Part shown: in pieces, positions 22,301 through 33,792 of the stretch
Position numbering within the stretch: the first letter of the stretch is position 1
How the letters are laid out: every line of letters begins with the position of its first letter
NCBI GenBank assembly: GCA_949358305.1
Contig: OX442314.1
Location: forward strand, 3,534,001 to 3,598,000
DNA length: 64,000 nucleotides
Direction: 5' to 3'
Origin: Strigamia acuminata
Lineage: Eukaryota
Translations under genes and position numbers: made by a program
The notes under the pieces: model-generated
Database searches by the model: none
What the model was told of the DNA's origin: nothing
The model's input: the letters and a program-made list of their open reading frames with translations, nothing else

Positions 22301-23614
22301 CCGAAGATGAATAAAGATACTCGCAATTACGTCCGAAGTTGTATTCATTGCCAGCAATACAAGCCCTGTCAACATAAAAAGCATAGAGCGAGTTACACTC
22401 CTCATAACATGTCTTACCCGTGGGAAGTAATCTGCATTGATTTAATGGGTCCCAAACCGACAGGAAGAAGCCAATACAGATTTGTATTAGTAATTATAGA
22501 TCAATGTACTAAATGGGTAGAATTATTCCCTTTAAGTAAGGCATCTAGTGAATCTATTGTGAATAGGTTAGGAGAAGTGATTCATAGATGGGGATACCCA
22601 AAGAAAATTGTTAGTGATAACGGGAGCCAATTCATATCCACGATTTATGAAGAGTTTTGTAAAAAACACAACATCAGAATGGCTCATGTGAGTCCATATC
22701 ACGCTCAGGCCAATCCTACGGAAAGGGCCAATAGAGACATCAAAATAATGCTGGCTCTTTATTCAGACATTCACTCCCATTGGCCGAGATTCTTAAACGA
22801 ATTTGCATTTGCCTCGAGAACGGCTAAATCAGAAGCTACAGGCGCAACGCCATTCTTATTGAACACAGGAAGAAATGTACCTCTTCCCTTTGATCCTCGG
22901 ATCATTCAACATGCAAATGCATTTGACAAGAATAACCCGGAAGAATACGTATATAATTTACTTGGAATTTTACGTCGAGCACATCAAGAGATGCATTTGC
23001 GTATTCAAGCAAATTATGAGAGACACGACAAGATTCACAGAAATAAATTTCACATTTGTGAATATACTGTCGGTGATTTGGTATGGAAAGCCACTCACAT
23101 CCTTTCAAATAAAGAGAAAGGAATTACTAAAGGTTTCGCCGAGAAACGAGATGGACCGTGGGAAATTACGGAAGTTTTACCTGGAGGTGCTTATAAGTTG
23201 AGAAAATTAGTTGATGGATCAATAGAACCATCCATAAATACTGATGATCTCTCACCTTATATCCCATCTTACCCGATTGAGACTTGGACACTCGACCAAA
23301 AGAGTGGAAGAATAGAGAATCACCCAAACCCTGATTGGATGAACGAAAGTTCAACCGTAAATAATTCAAGTGAATTAAATAATCAAGAATTAGGAAATAA
23401 TTCTGCTAATATGGAATTAGATCCCGAAGAAGTTACAACACCCGCTTCAAAAGAAAGCGACATCGTAGTTAATAATCCAAAACATGATTATAACCTTAGG
23501 AAAAGGAAAAGAAGTTGTGAACTTTCACAACTGCAACCTCGTACGAAGCGAATTTCTACGACAGATCAAGAATGCACAACAGATTTTATACATCTGATTC
23601 AAGATCGCCGCTAG
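19321..23614 (+). CDS. pol: Pol (protease-RT-RNase H-integrase) with one internal +1 frame break near 20494-20496
   Basis: ALMDSGA (PR); LCIDYR, MPFGL, YLDD (RT); TDAS..ELECLA..DAFSR (RH); H-H-CIHC, IDLMG/SDNG/ERAN (IN); GPW. Confidence 0.94.
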
Positions 23615-24429
23615 TGATAGCGTATTTTTTTTAAATAAAAATTTAAAAAAAAAGATAAAAAATCGGGTCACTTTTTGACCCACAAATTAGTCATGGTTAA
23701 ATCATAAACCTATAGGAGAATAGGGTGAAAATACCCCGGGTAGAGAGTAGAGGATTTGTTCTCTCACAAGCTTCACACACATGTGCGAGTCAACTTTGAC
23801 ACCTGCGTCGATAGAAAAGTTCGTCGCGATTTCTTTCAAGAAAACCTCGAGATTCGTGGTAAGACTCATGTATTACCAGTAAACTCGGAAAATTATGTGT
23901 CAGGACTTAATGTTATAATCCTTTCATGATAGAAAAGGACGAGAGAAAACTTCGGTGATTAATTTCGTCTGAAAGAGACGAACACGTGACCTCGGCGTGA
24001 AGAAGAAAATTTCTCCTTCGAGAAAATTCGAAATATCATCACGCCAGTTCAACGTTTACTAGAGTGTTACGTGTAAGTAATGATAAATTTAATATATCAA
24101 GAGATATTCACGGCTATTTTATATATAAAATTAGGATTTCTACGTTGGCGGAGAACACCTTCGCTAAAAACAACGAGTTTTGTCAATTAGAAAATCGGCA
24201 CCACATCATTTTGAATACTTAAGTGGATTCCGGAGATTCCTAGTGTAAGTATTCTAAAGATAATTCTATCGAATATTACGAATAGTAAAAAAGCCGCACG
24301 TAAAATCCCGATATAAAAATATATCGAAACCATCGATAAAGTTGATAAATTTTCACGATAGATGGCGGTATAAATTTTGTTAAATAAATCGTATTGATAA
24401 GATTCTCTATATTATTTTCTCTAGAAAAA

Positions 24430-26106
24430 ATGGGAAAAAAGATCGAAAAAAAGAGAAAATACGTGTTGGTCGAATCCTCTTCCTCCGATGAAGAAGTAAC
24501 GGCACCTCCTTCGGCCGCTGCCGTATTCGTAGAAGGGTGTCCCAAAACACCCGTGATTATCAACGCCAGAGGCTGGGATATTTTGAGTTGGGCTCGCCAA
24601 CATCCCGAATTGCTCCCCGCTGAGCTTGGTCCACCCGGAACCCCCACGTTACAGGAGGAACCGGCCAAAAAAGAATCAACGGCGAAGCCATTTGTTATTC
24701 CAAAGATAAAAGCGGATGATTTCGCCAGAAATAATCCGCCAATTGCAAAAAACCAGCCAAGTACCAGTAAACCGCGAAAGGTGGAAATTGTGTACAACCG
24801 AGTCAAGTCGCCCGAACGAAGAAGGAAATCCCCACCAATGGAAGCTAAACGCCGCCGAAATCCGGAAGACGCTACACCTTCCTCTTGTAATGGCCAAGAG
24901 CGTCCAAAAAGAGAATACGTTAGATTTAACGATTCACCAGACCGAGACCGGGAAAAAAGGTCGTATTCCTCCTACCGAAGGTCCGACCGACCTAGGAATA
25001 GGTCAAATACCAGCGCATGGTCAGAGCGCCAAAAGTTGGCAAATAAAGTTCGTCAGATCCAGAAAAGACGAGAACAGTGTAAACAAGATAAAGAGAACGG
25101 AAAACCACATGATGATATGGTACTCTCGAAGGACGAAGTGCCATGTCCTTTTTGTTCCGCCGTCGGGTGGGTCTCGGGATCGGGAACCGGAGGCCACCTG
25201 GCGCAATGTTCCAATTGCGAGGGCACAAAGAAGCGGCCCAAAGGCCAACCTTGGCGCCCCAGCTTTCTGCCGTTTGTGGTCATGGGAATTCACCCTCCCC
25301 CGGCCAGGTTGTGGGCAACTTGCCCGGAGTGTAAAATTGTCCTCTCCAGTGACGGAAGATCGCCGTACATCAGCCCGGAGTTCTTGAACGCCATAACCAC
25401 TCCACTAGGAAGGGAAATGCAAGATCTGAGAATTCCGCCAGAAGCTCTAGAGAGTTCCCGAAAACCACAGAGTACGACAGTCATCGATAAAGGATGTCAA
25501 ACGGTATCCAAGGAGAACGAAAAAGAAGCCGAAAATGAACTTCTTGTGGAACCTTTTTTCCCTCCACCAGGAGCGAAAATAGCGCATCTATTCGAATACG
25601 AGGTGAGCTACTATTTTCCGACGCTTTTTAGAATTGCCGAGAAAATCACGGAACAAATGCGCTCAGACTCTACCGATCCCTCGAATATCAATTATGCTGT
25701 CCATGTGATGAAATTGATATTTAACGCCAATCGAGGCGAATCTTTTGCTGTGCTGGAGCACATATGGACACTGTTAATTGACAGAGTCAACACCGACGGA
25801 AAAGGATTAATAAACCCTTCATGGTTCTACGGACTCCCCTGCATTGCGGAGATATACGACGCTTCGAAGAAGGCTATTGAAGAAAGTTATGAGTTAGTTG
25901 AGAAGACTCCAGAATATGAACCAAGGTCTCCGGAGTACGCGCCGAAATCTCCACCCGCAGAAGATATAGGTGAAGAACCCAATTTCGTCATCGACCGAAG
26001 ACCAGCGGAATTTCTTCCCCTAGAAAAGTCCGAAGTCGGTGAGTCCAGTGAGACTCTTAAGAAAGAGAGTGAAGGATCGGAGTCTGATGAAGAAGAAGTC
26101 AAGTGA
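24430..26106 (+). CDS. Retrotransposon ORF3, unknown non-envelope protein
   Basis: 558 aa from ATG 24430 between pol and the PPT; basic/Pro-rich N-half, CPFC..CSNC..CPEC, helical region, acidic tail; no evident signal peptide or TM segment. Confidence 0.85.
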   Translation: MGKKIEKKRKYVLVESSSSDEEVTAPPSAAAVFVEGCPKTPVIINARGWDILSWARQHPELLPAELGPPGTPTLQEEPAKKESTAKPFVIPKIKADDFARNNPPIAKNQPSTSKPRKVEIVYNRVKSPERRRKSPPMEAKRRRNPEDATPSSCNGQERPKREYVRFNDSPDRDREKRSYSSYRRSDRPRNRSNTSAWSERQKLANKVRQIQKRREQCKQDKENGKPHDDMVLSKDEVPCPFCSAVGWVSGSGTGGHLAQCSNCEGTKKRPKGQPWRPSFLPFVVMGIHPPPARLWATCPECKIVLSSDGRSPYISPEFLNAITTPLGREMQDLRIPPEALESSRKPQSTTVIDKGCQTVSKENEKEAENELLVEPFFPPPGAKIAHLFEYEVSYYFPTLFRIAEKITEQMRSDSTDPSNINYAVHVMKLIFNANRGESFAVLEHIWTLLIDRVNTDGKGLINPSWFYGLPCIAEIYDASKKAIEESYELVEKTPEYEPRSPEYAPKSPPAEDIGEEPNFVIDRRPAEFLPLEKSEVGESSETLKKESEGSESDEEEVK

Positions 26107-26603
26107 CTCGCGGAGTTAATTTTCGAATTTAATAGAATTTAAGGAAAAAATGTTAGAATTAACGAAAAACTCAAAAGTATTCTGTTTAGTATTTAATAAG
26201 CGGTTGTGATATGCAAAAGTCATGTTATTTTTAAAAAAAGGAAAATCGAGAGATAATCCTATAAATCAAAAGAAATCTTTTAATAATTGTTAAGCTAAAA
26301 AGAAATAATTTACCAAAAAATTATGTTAAGATTCCCGTTATTTGAAATAATAATTGTGTGAAGAAATGAGGCTAAGTGTTGTAAAGTTCCAAGTTTGTTT
26401 TATTGTAACCAAATAATATTTTATTCTTGATAATTCATTAAAAAAGAATTGTTGCGCACATCAGAAATATGAAATTTATTTTGAGTCACCCGCATACGCA
26501 CTCAGCTGTTCGGGATGAAAAAAAGTCCTGTTTTGAGATATTAATAAAATCATTTCGCAAGAATAACATAAACTTATGAATAAAAGTTATAAGTTGAGTA
26601 ATT

Positions 26604-26611
26604 AAGGGGGA
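26604..26611 (+). other. Polypurine tract
   Basis: AAGGGGGA, 2 nt before the 3' LTR. Confidence 0.8.
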
Positions 26612-26613
26612 TG

Positions 26614-28359
26614 TATGACGGTTTATAAGTGCTATTTATTAATAACACGGCCGAATTTTAAGTGTTTTTTGCGAAACCCGCATTTGTCAATGCTCCGAGT
26701 CGCCACTAGATGGCGCGATTATAATTCAGCGGTAAATTCGAATTGCGAGTTAAGAAAACTGGTAAATAAATATAAGAATATATTTATTTATATGAAACGA
26801 CACTTTATTAGGATTAATATAAATATATATTAATAATTATTGTTCACACTAGTGATGGGAATCTCTAGTTCAGCAGAAATGGAGATTTGATAATCCATCG
26901 ATCAACCGATCGATGTGATTGGTGGATCCATTTCCGGTCCTGGGTATCCAGTTCCGGTTGTGGTGGGAATTAGCATATTGCTCCTCCGTATCCACTTCCG
27001 GCGATACGGGATTGGAGGGATTCGTGGAACCCATGTTCCAATTGGTTGATTGGATTAATCTCTAATCCAGTCAGGTTATATAAACCCAAACAACCGGCCA
27101 TCCGGCGGCTCTGTTTGATTATTTCTGTTTGGTATTATTACTTAAGAAATATGATTCGTTGTCCATTAAAAAACCTTTTGGTTCTTTGTTGATTTATTCA
27201 CAAAGAACCGCGGCATGATTCTACCGAATCATGCAACCACCGGCAATTGAAGCCGACGTATTGGATTGTTATGTTGCATACATGTTTCAAGTTACGGTCT
27301 CGCCGAGGAGAACCTGCCTTCTGTGCAATTCAGTATCCTCCGGGCAGGATTAAGTGGTCATTTTCGGTATGAACGCATCTCGTAACCGCAAGTAAGCACC
27401 GGAACTGTTGAGAGTTGGTTCCTTCACCTGTTGGTGCAAAAGCAGTCTGTTTCACAGTAACCACGAGTAGCACCAAGTGTTTGGCAAGCTGATTCTCATG
27501 GTATTTGGTGCCAAAGCAGTCGTTTTGTTATTAGTACCGCGAAGGGCTAAACTGCTGTGCGGAGCCGCGAGCTATCGACTCCTGTGTACGTGATACCGTC
27601 AATCGCTAGACGAACGACCGTGTTGCGGCGCAGGGGACGCTTGATACCGTTCTGCATGGCAAGGCGTTTTCTATCGATGGCAATTGTGTGTTGCGACGGG
27701 AAGTCTAACATTTATCCTTTACGTTTATAACAGAACAATATTAACTTGGCCACAAGTTAATTAATCAAAGTCAGGAAGACTTAAAAAACAAGAATACATT
27801 GAACTCAATGTGACAAATAAGTTGACGACAACTTATCGATGAAATATCCAGTAGAAAAACTCACAACACTTATGAATTAAATATAATTCATAATTGGAAT
27901 ATTGATAAGTAAATGAATACATTTACTTACACCAATATCCTCCCAAAGTTGTGGCGGTGCAGACAAAGTCAACCGCAATGCTCAGATCATTCGATTTATC
28001 GACGTGCGATAATATTACACAGCGAACCAAGGAACCAGCGAAGCCGTATCGGACTCCAGGACACAGCCATCCGGCTTAGATGACATCTATAATCAGGTCG
28101 AGCGATGGGGAAACCGCTCCCATCTCCCAGACCCGTAATGATATTATTTTAGGGCCAGTTGGCCAATTCTTTGTATAGTTTAATAGTTGATTTAACTTGC
28201 CAAATGTCGGCATTAGTCCTATGTATAATTTAGCTCATTTCATATTGTTTGCCAACAATAAACTGTCTTGTATTTATCTCGTATTGTATTCACTGTTTAT
28301 TTATTGCGATCTCTTCCCGGTACCATTGTTAAATGGGAGTTGTGGTCGTCACCGTCACA
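26614..28359 (+). repeat. 3' LTR (1,746 bp)
   Basis: Same length as the 5' LTR; no differences seen in the segments I compared. Confidence 0.96.
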
Positions 28360-30649
28360 TGTTCGACCACCGTGAGCGTGCTGAACAGCATGTTGTGTTG
28401 GGGACACAGGCCGAGGTTCTCGCGAGCGAAGTCGATGTTGGTTCGTATGTCGTATCCGTTCACGATGGCCGTTCCGCTCGTGGGGGGGAACATTCCCGTC
28501 AGAATGGACATCGTGGTGGTTTTCCCGGCGCCGTTGTGACCGAGTAGAGCCGTTATTTGGCCCTCGTAGATGTTGAGACTCAAATTGTCCACGGCGGTTT
28601 TTCCTTTACCGTAATTCTGGGAATGAGAAAAATTAATTTGGAAAATCAGTTTAAATATTTATGTTTCATGTTTTATATGCAAAAAAAAGTGGAAAACGCA
28701 CTTTTTAGGCACGAAATGACTACAAAAGTAGAAAAATCACTTTTTAGGCGTAAAAATTAAATTTTTTTTAACCTGAAAATTTATTTTTAAGCAATAAATT
28801 CACTTTTCAGATGCTTAAATTTAATTTTTACGTGCAAAAAACCAAATACTTTAACAAAAATCAACTTTTTTCCATAAAAATGGCATATTTCCAGTAGAAA
28901 AATTCACTTTTAGACGCGTAATCGGCCGTTTTACACCCAAAAATCAAACTTTCCATGTGAAAATAAAATTACTTTAGTTAAATTTCTTATTGCAATAGCC
29001 GTATCGAGACCGCTCGGTTCCTTTTCAAAGTTCATCGAGTTTAAATTATCAACGTCGCCTTCTTCCGAATGCATCTGTTCGATTCTGCACCAATAATCCT
29101 TCTGCAAAAAAAATAAATAAATAAAATAAAAATAATATAAATAACTTTTCTCAAAAATAATTACCGTGAATAAAAAATACCAAGGTTTTCCAACCCCATA
29201 AATCCCAGGAAACACATTGTCCAAATACCACGTTAAACCGCCATAGAGAAAAATATCGATAATAAACATCATAATTATATACGCCATCGTTAGATCGTCG
29301 CCTTGGTAACTCGGTTCGTTTAAATTAGTCCAATTAATCCCGATACCTGCAATTATTAATTAGTTTATTCAATAAAACCCAATTAAACTGAATTAAATTG
29401 AAATAACTCACTTCGGCCTTCGAAAGCGACGATAAAGCGAACCGCCCACGCCATCGCCATGTTTGGGAAAATGGCGACGAGCAGTTTCGATGAAATATTC
29501 AAATCGTGGTAGCTTCGAGACATCAAATTGAACGGGATGGAGAAGGTGAGCACCCAGGCGAGCACCCCGATGGCCGTGGCGATCGTGGCTGCGAAAATTA
29601 ATTTTAATTTTAATTGTAATTTTGATTTTATTTAGATTTTATTTAGATTTTATTCCGCGTACGTTTTGAAAAGAAGCAGGAAATGAAGAAACAAAAGAAA
29701 ATGGCGCTCGTGATGTATAAAACGAAAATAAATAATATTAATTCGGGAGATGAGTAAGATAGGACCGAGTATTCCTGCAGTTTGGAACACAAAAAGAAGA
29801 CGATTATAATAGAGCTGATTAGCATCATGACGAATGAACTAATGAACCAGCCGATCCATTGCAGCCAGCCGGGTAGACCCATCAGTTTCATTAATTCCTG
29901 AAACATTAAATTCGACATTTTTAGTATTTTTCAGATTTTGAAAATTTAAAATTGAAAAGGAAAAAATTTAAAAAAAAAAAACGGAATTTATTCAATTGTG
30001 TTGACTCAATGTTTTGATTAAAACGTGTCATTAATAAAGATAAGCAACTGTTGATAGATGAAGGAGATAAAACAAACTGTAATAGTCTTTTATAAACGAA
30101 GTTCTGATAAAATTAAATCAGAATTTCATTTGTTTTTGTTATTTTTCAATTTTTTTTCGTTGATTTTCAATTTTTTTCAATTTTTCCTCTCCCTAAAAAT
30201 GATAATTTAATTTATTTCGTAAATAAATAACCTATCACCTTAACACCCATTTCCTTTTCCCCCACAATGTATTTAATGAGCGTCGGCGAAATAAAGACGA
30301 AACTGAGAACGAGAAAAAGCGGCAACGTATTCTGAAGAAAATCTGAAAAACAGTTATCCTTATAATAAGGTGGGTAGGGAAATTTTTGCGTCGTTATCTA
30401 AAAAACAAAAAATAAAATAAATAAATATATCTTTTTTAAAATTTTTTAACTATTTACCTCGAATTGAGACGAATCAAAGCTGCTAGAAGTTAATTCCATA
30501 AACCGTAAAGCGATATTATGTTGTAGAATCATAAACGTTTCGTAGTTAACTTTTAAAAAAATATATAAATTATAAAATTTTAAAAATTTTAAATCCAAAT
30601 TTCTCTTACTGAAATTCTTTCAATTCTTTCTCTTTCAATTCCAACTTAC

Positions 30650-31965
30650 TGCCTGTAATTGGTTGCAATACACCGCAGACTAGCAAAAACTGCAAAATAT
30701 TCTAAAATCTTCACAAAAATCTCTCAAAATCGACAAAAACCATCCAAAAACCTCGAAAAACCTCCCAGAACCTATAAAAATATAGAAAAAAAATCACAAA
30801 GAATCAATTTCTTTGCAAAAAATGCCAAAAAATTAACCAAAACAAGTAAACACTTATCTGAAATCCTTACATATTGACCTAACACCGATCAGGGCTGTTT
30901 GTACCAATCAAAATTGCCTAGAAAATAAAATAAAACCAAATTAACACAACAAAATTTTAAAAAAAAACTGAAAAAAACTGAAAAAACAAATTCCAAAAAA
31001 TGTAGTTTACCTTCTAAGATGTCCTACCTGGCTAAGGTGCAGTTGGGGGTCGTCAACAGGCATTTGGGCGATCTGAAATAGCTAGAAAATAAATTTAAAA
31101 AATAAAAAACACATCAAAATCAATAAAAAAAAATTGCCAAATTTGGGAAACATTAATTTCCAATACAAACAACAAAGAACACAACAAATTCCATCAAAAA
31201 ACCACCGAAATCGTGGCGGTGGAAAAGAACAAATGCTAGAGAAAATAAATAAAAACAACAAAAAACTCATCAAATTCCATCAAATACCACCGAAATCGCG
31301 AAAAATTATTGCTTAAAACAACCAAACTCACCAGCGAGGCGAGAACGAAACCAACATGGCGGTGTAAAAGAACAAATGCTGGAGAAAATAAATAAAAACA
31401 ACAAAAAACTCATCAAATTCCATCAAATACCACCTAAATCGCGAAAAATTATTGCTTAAAACAACCAAACTCACCAGCGAGGCGAGAACGAAACCAACAT
31501 GGCGGTGTAAAAGAACAAATGCTGGAGAAAATAAATAAAAACAACAAAAACCTCATCAAATTCCATCAAAAAACCATCGAAATCGTGAAAAATCATCGAT
31601 CAAAACAACCAAACTCACCGTGTGAGATGTCCCGGGTTCCGCCCAGGCATTTGGACGGGCTGAAATGCCTAGAAAAGAAATTAAAACAACAAAACACACA
31701 TCAAATTCCATCCAAATCGTGAAAAACCACAGAAATCGTGAAAAATCATCCCCCAAAACAACCAAACTCACCAGCGAGGCGAGAACGAAACCAACATGGC
31801 GGCGGAGGACAACAATTGCTGGAGGCGCCCCGCTATGCGGTGGCAATCTTGGGAAGGAGGTTAAGGGATGGAGGAGACGAAATCGAGCTTTCTGCACCAA
31901 TCGCAGCCGCCAACAGGCCCAAGCCCGCACCCTTTGCCGCTGAATCTAAAGATTTCTTGCACTAG
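30650..31965 (-). other. Micro-exon leader upstream of the first ABCA exon: ~31965-31772, 31668-31619, 31521-31475, 31378-31332, 31081(or 31072)-31011, 30917-30871, 30679-30650; repeated at +14,142 and +28,284
   Basis: GC-richer islands each bounded on the minus strand by (T-rich)YAG and GTGAGT/GTAAG/GTAAA. Confidence 0.7.
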
Positions 31966-31986
31966 CAAATGATTATTTCAATGCTC

Positions 31987-32065
31987 ATTGGCCAGTTTCT
32001 CAAATCTCATTCATTCGGTTGGTTACTTATTTTTCCCTCCAAATAGTTTTCTCTTCATTGATTGG
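31987..32065 (-). promoter_or_regulatory. Putative CCAAT-box promoter for the minus-strand leader (also 46129-46207, 60271-60349)
   Basis: ATTGG at 31987 and 32061 (CCAAT on the minus strand) just upstream of the GC-rich first exon. Confidence 0.5.
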
Positions 32066-32377
32066 TCCTTAAAATTCAGTTTCTACTAACTGACACGAGG
32101 TGGCGAATAGAGGGCGCTGCTAGAGTAGAAGAGGCGGCAAATTTGAACGCGCGACAAAAACCATCTTTTAGAAAACCGCTCATCAGTTGCAGTGGTTGCA
32201 TAAATAAATAAATGAAATGATAATTGACGTTAATTCTCAATGTTTTTTTTTTATAAATCTCGACGAAATTTTCAATGTTTTTGATGAATCTCAAACGGTT
32301 TTTGTCAGATTTCTACAATTTTTAGTTCAATTTCTCCAAATTTTTCTCCAATTTCCCCAAATTTTTGTCAAACTTGC

Positions 32378-32660
32378 CCTAACCTAACGTGCCCTTAACC
32401 TAACGTAACCTAACCTAACGTGCCCTTAACCTAACCTAACCTAACGTGCCCTTAACTTAACGTAACGTAACCTAACCTAACCTAACCTACCGTAAACTAA
32501 CCTAACCTAACCTAACGTGCCCTTAACCTAACCTAACCTAACGTGCCCTTAACCTAACGTAACCTAACCTAACCTAACCTAACCTACCGTAAACTAACCT
32601 AACCTAACCTAACGTGCCTTAACGTAACATAACCTTACGTGGTCTTGCCTTAACGTAACG
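32378..32660. repeat. Degenerate (CCTAA)n / TTAGG telomere-like array (also 46520-46802, 60662-60944)
   Basis: cctaa runs interspersed with cgtaa and cgtgccctt. Confidence 0.9.
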
Positions 32661-33792
32661 TGTCTTTGTCACAAAACGTATTTTTGATTGTAAGAATTTT
32701 AATTTTTCTAACTTTGAACGAGATTTTAAAATCCAAGTTTTTCGAATTAATTGTTGACAATCTTTGAAGTTTTTTTCTCAAATTTTTTTCTTTTTTTCTT
32801 TCTTTATTTTATTATTTTATTTAATTTGCACAAAAATTATTCCCTTTCTTTCTCTCCTCACAAGTCAACACAACAGCCGTCAGTTGAGTTGCCATGGCAT
32901 TAATCCCCCCTTCCTTTTATTCCCCCTTCCTTTCCCAATTTGGCCCTTTCTCTCTTGCCTCGTCGGTGACCGCAGCAACTCCGGAAACGAGATCTCAAAT
33001 GCACTCAAATGAAATGAAATGAAAATTCCAGAAAACAAAAGATCAAACTTTATTCATTTATTCATTTATTCATTTATTGAATTTATTGCAAGTGGTCAGA
33101 ATAAAAGTACGTAATATTGTTATCCTTGTGTTTCCAGAACAAAAGCGAAGTTTTCACTAATGAAATGTGTATTAGAGTCGGCAAATCCAAAACGGACTTG
33201 ATGGCGTGCAATTGAGCTGTAGTTCGAGTCTTTCAAACTGATTTATTAATATCACCTTTAGAAAAGAAAACATATAATGTAAAATTGCTTTCATGCAAAA
33301 CGATTCAATTTTTAAAATATACTCAACGGTTAATTTTGAAAATCCCAAAGGCCTTAATCGCTGCCTTAATCGATTTTCGACATGTTCTCTCGCTACAATG
33401 CACACTTGTAACAGATTTGTTGTTTAATTGTCAACATAAATTGTTACACTCAAAAACGGTTTGGTTGTTTTAACTAAATGTATCTGTAATCAATGTAAAT
33501 TCAATATCATGTCTGTATGGACACTTATCATCCAAAAATTAAAGACAAAACCACAATCAAAATAAGAAACAAGCTGTTCAAATATAAGTATCATTTTTAA
33601 TGATCACGTCATAAATAAATATCGTATAGCGGTAACAGTTTTATAAATGCTCTGATAAAACAATGACATTAAATAGAAATTTTAAAAATTATACACATTA
33701 ATGTGCGTTTGTTCACATAATCAGTGATGACCAGACTCGACAAAAAAATCGAAAAATAAAATTCGAAAAAATAACATGAAATGAAATTTAAG

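Larger units (their letters stand above)
14175..28359 (+). mobile_element. Full-length Gypsy/Ty3 LTR retrotransposon, 14,185 bp, TSD TGTT
   Basis: Two LTRs, PBS, PPT, gag, pol in PR-RT-RH-IN order. Empty site gaggTGTTcgacc at 42502 and 56644; TGTT at 14171-14174 and 28360-28363. Confidence 0.97.
10708..30532 (-). pseudogene. ABCA transporter copy 1: NBD1 exon split by the LTR element, signature LSGGM changed to LFGGM, 3' exons not present in the window
   Basis: Same exons as copies 2 and 3; exon broken at 14174/28360; A at 14051 versus G at 42382/56524; homology to the unit stops at 9237 inside an intron. Confidence 0.88.

Noticed and set aside
24276..25484. Overlapping alternative-frame and antisense ORFs within ORF3 (e.g. 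223 aa at 24716)
   Set aside because: No recognisable motifs, mostly non-ATG starts; expected shadows of a GC-richer ORF.
24394..26106. ORF3 as env
   Set aside because: No signal peptide, fusion-peptide context or TM anchor; composition looks nuclear.
14175..28363. Insertion length (14,189) almost equals the array period (14,142)
   Set aside because: No sequence relationship; the TSD shows ordinary integration, so treated as coincidence.
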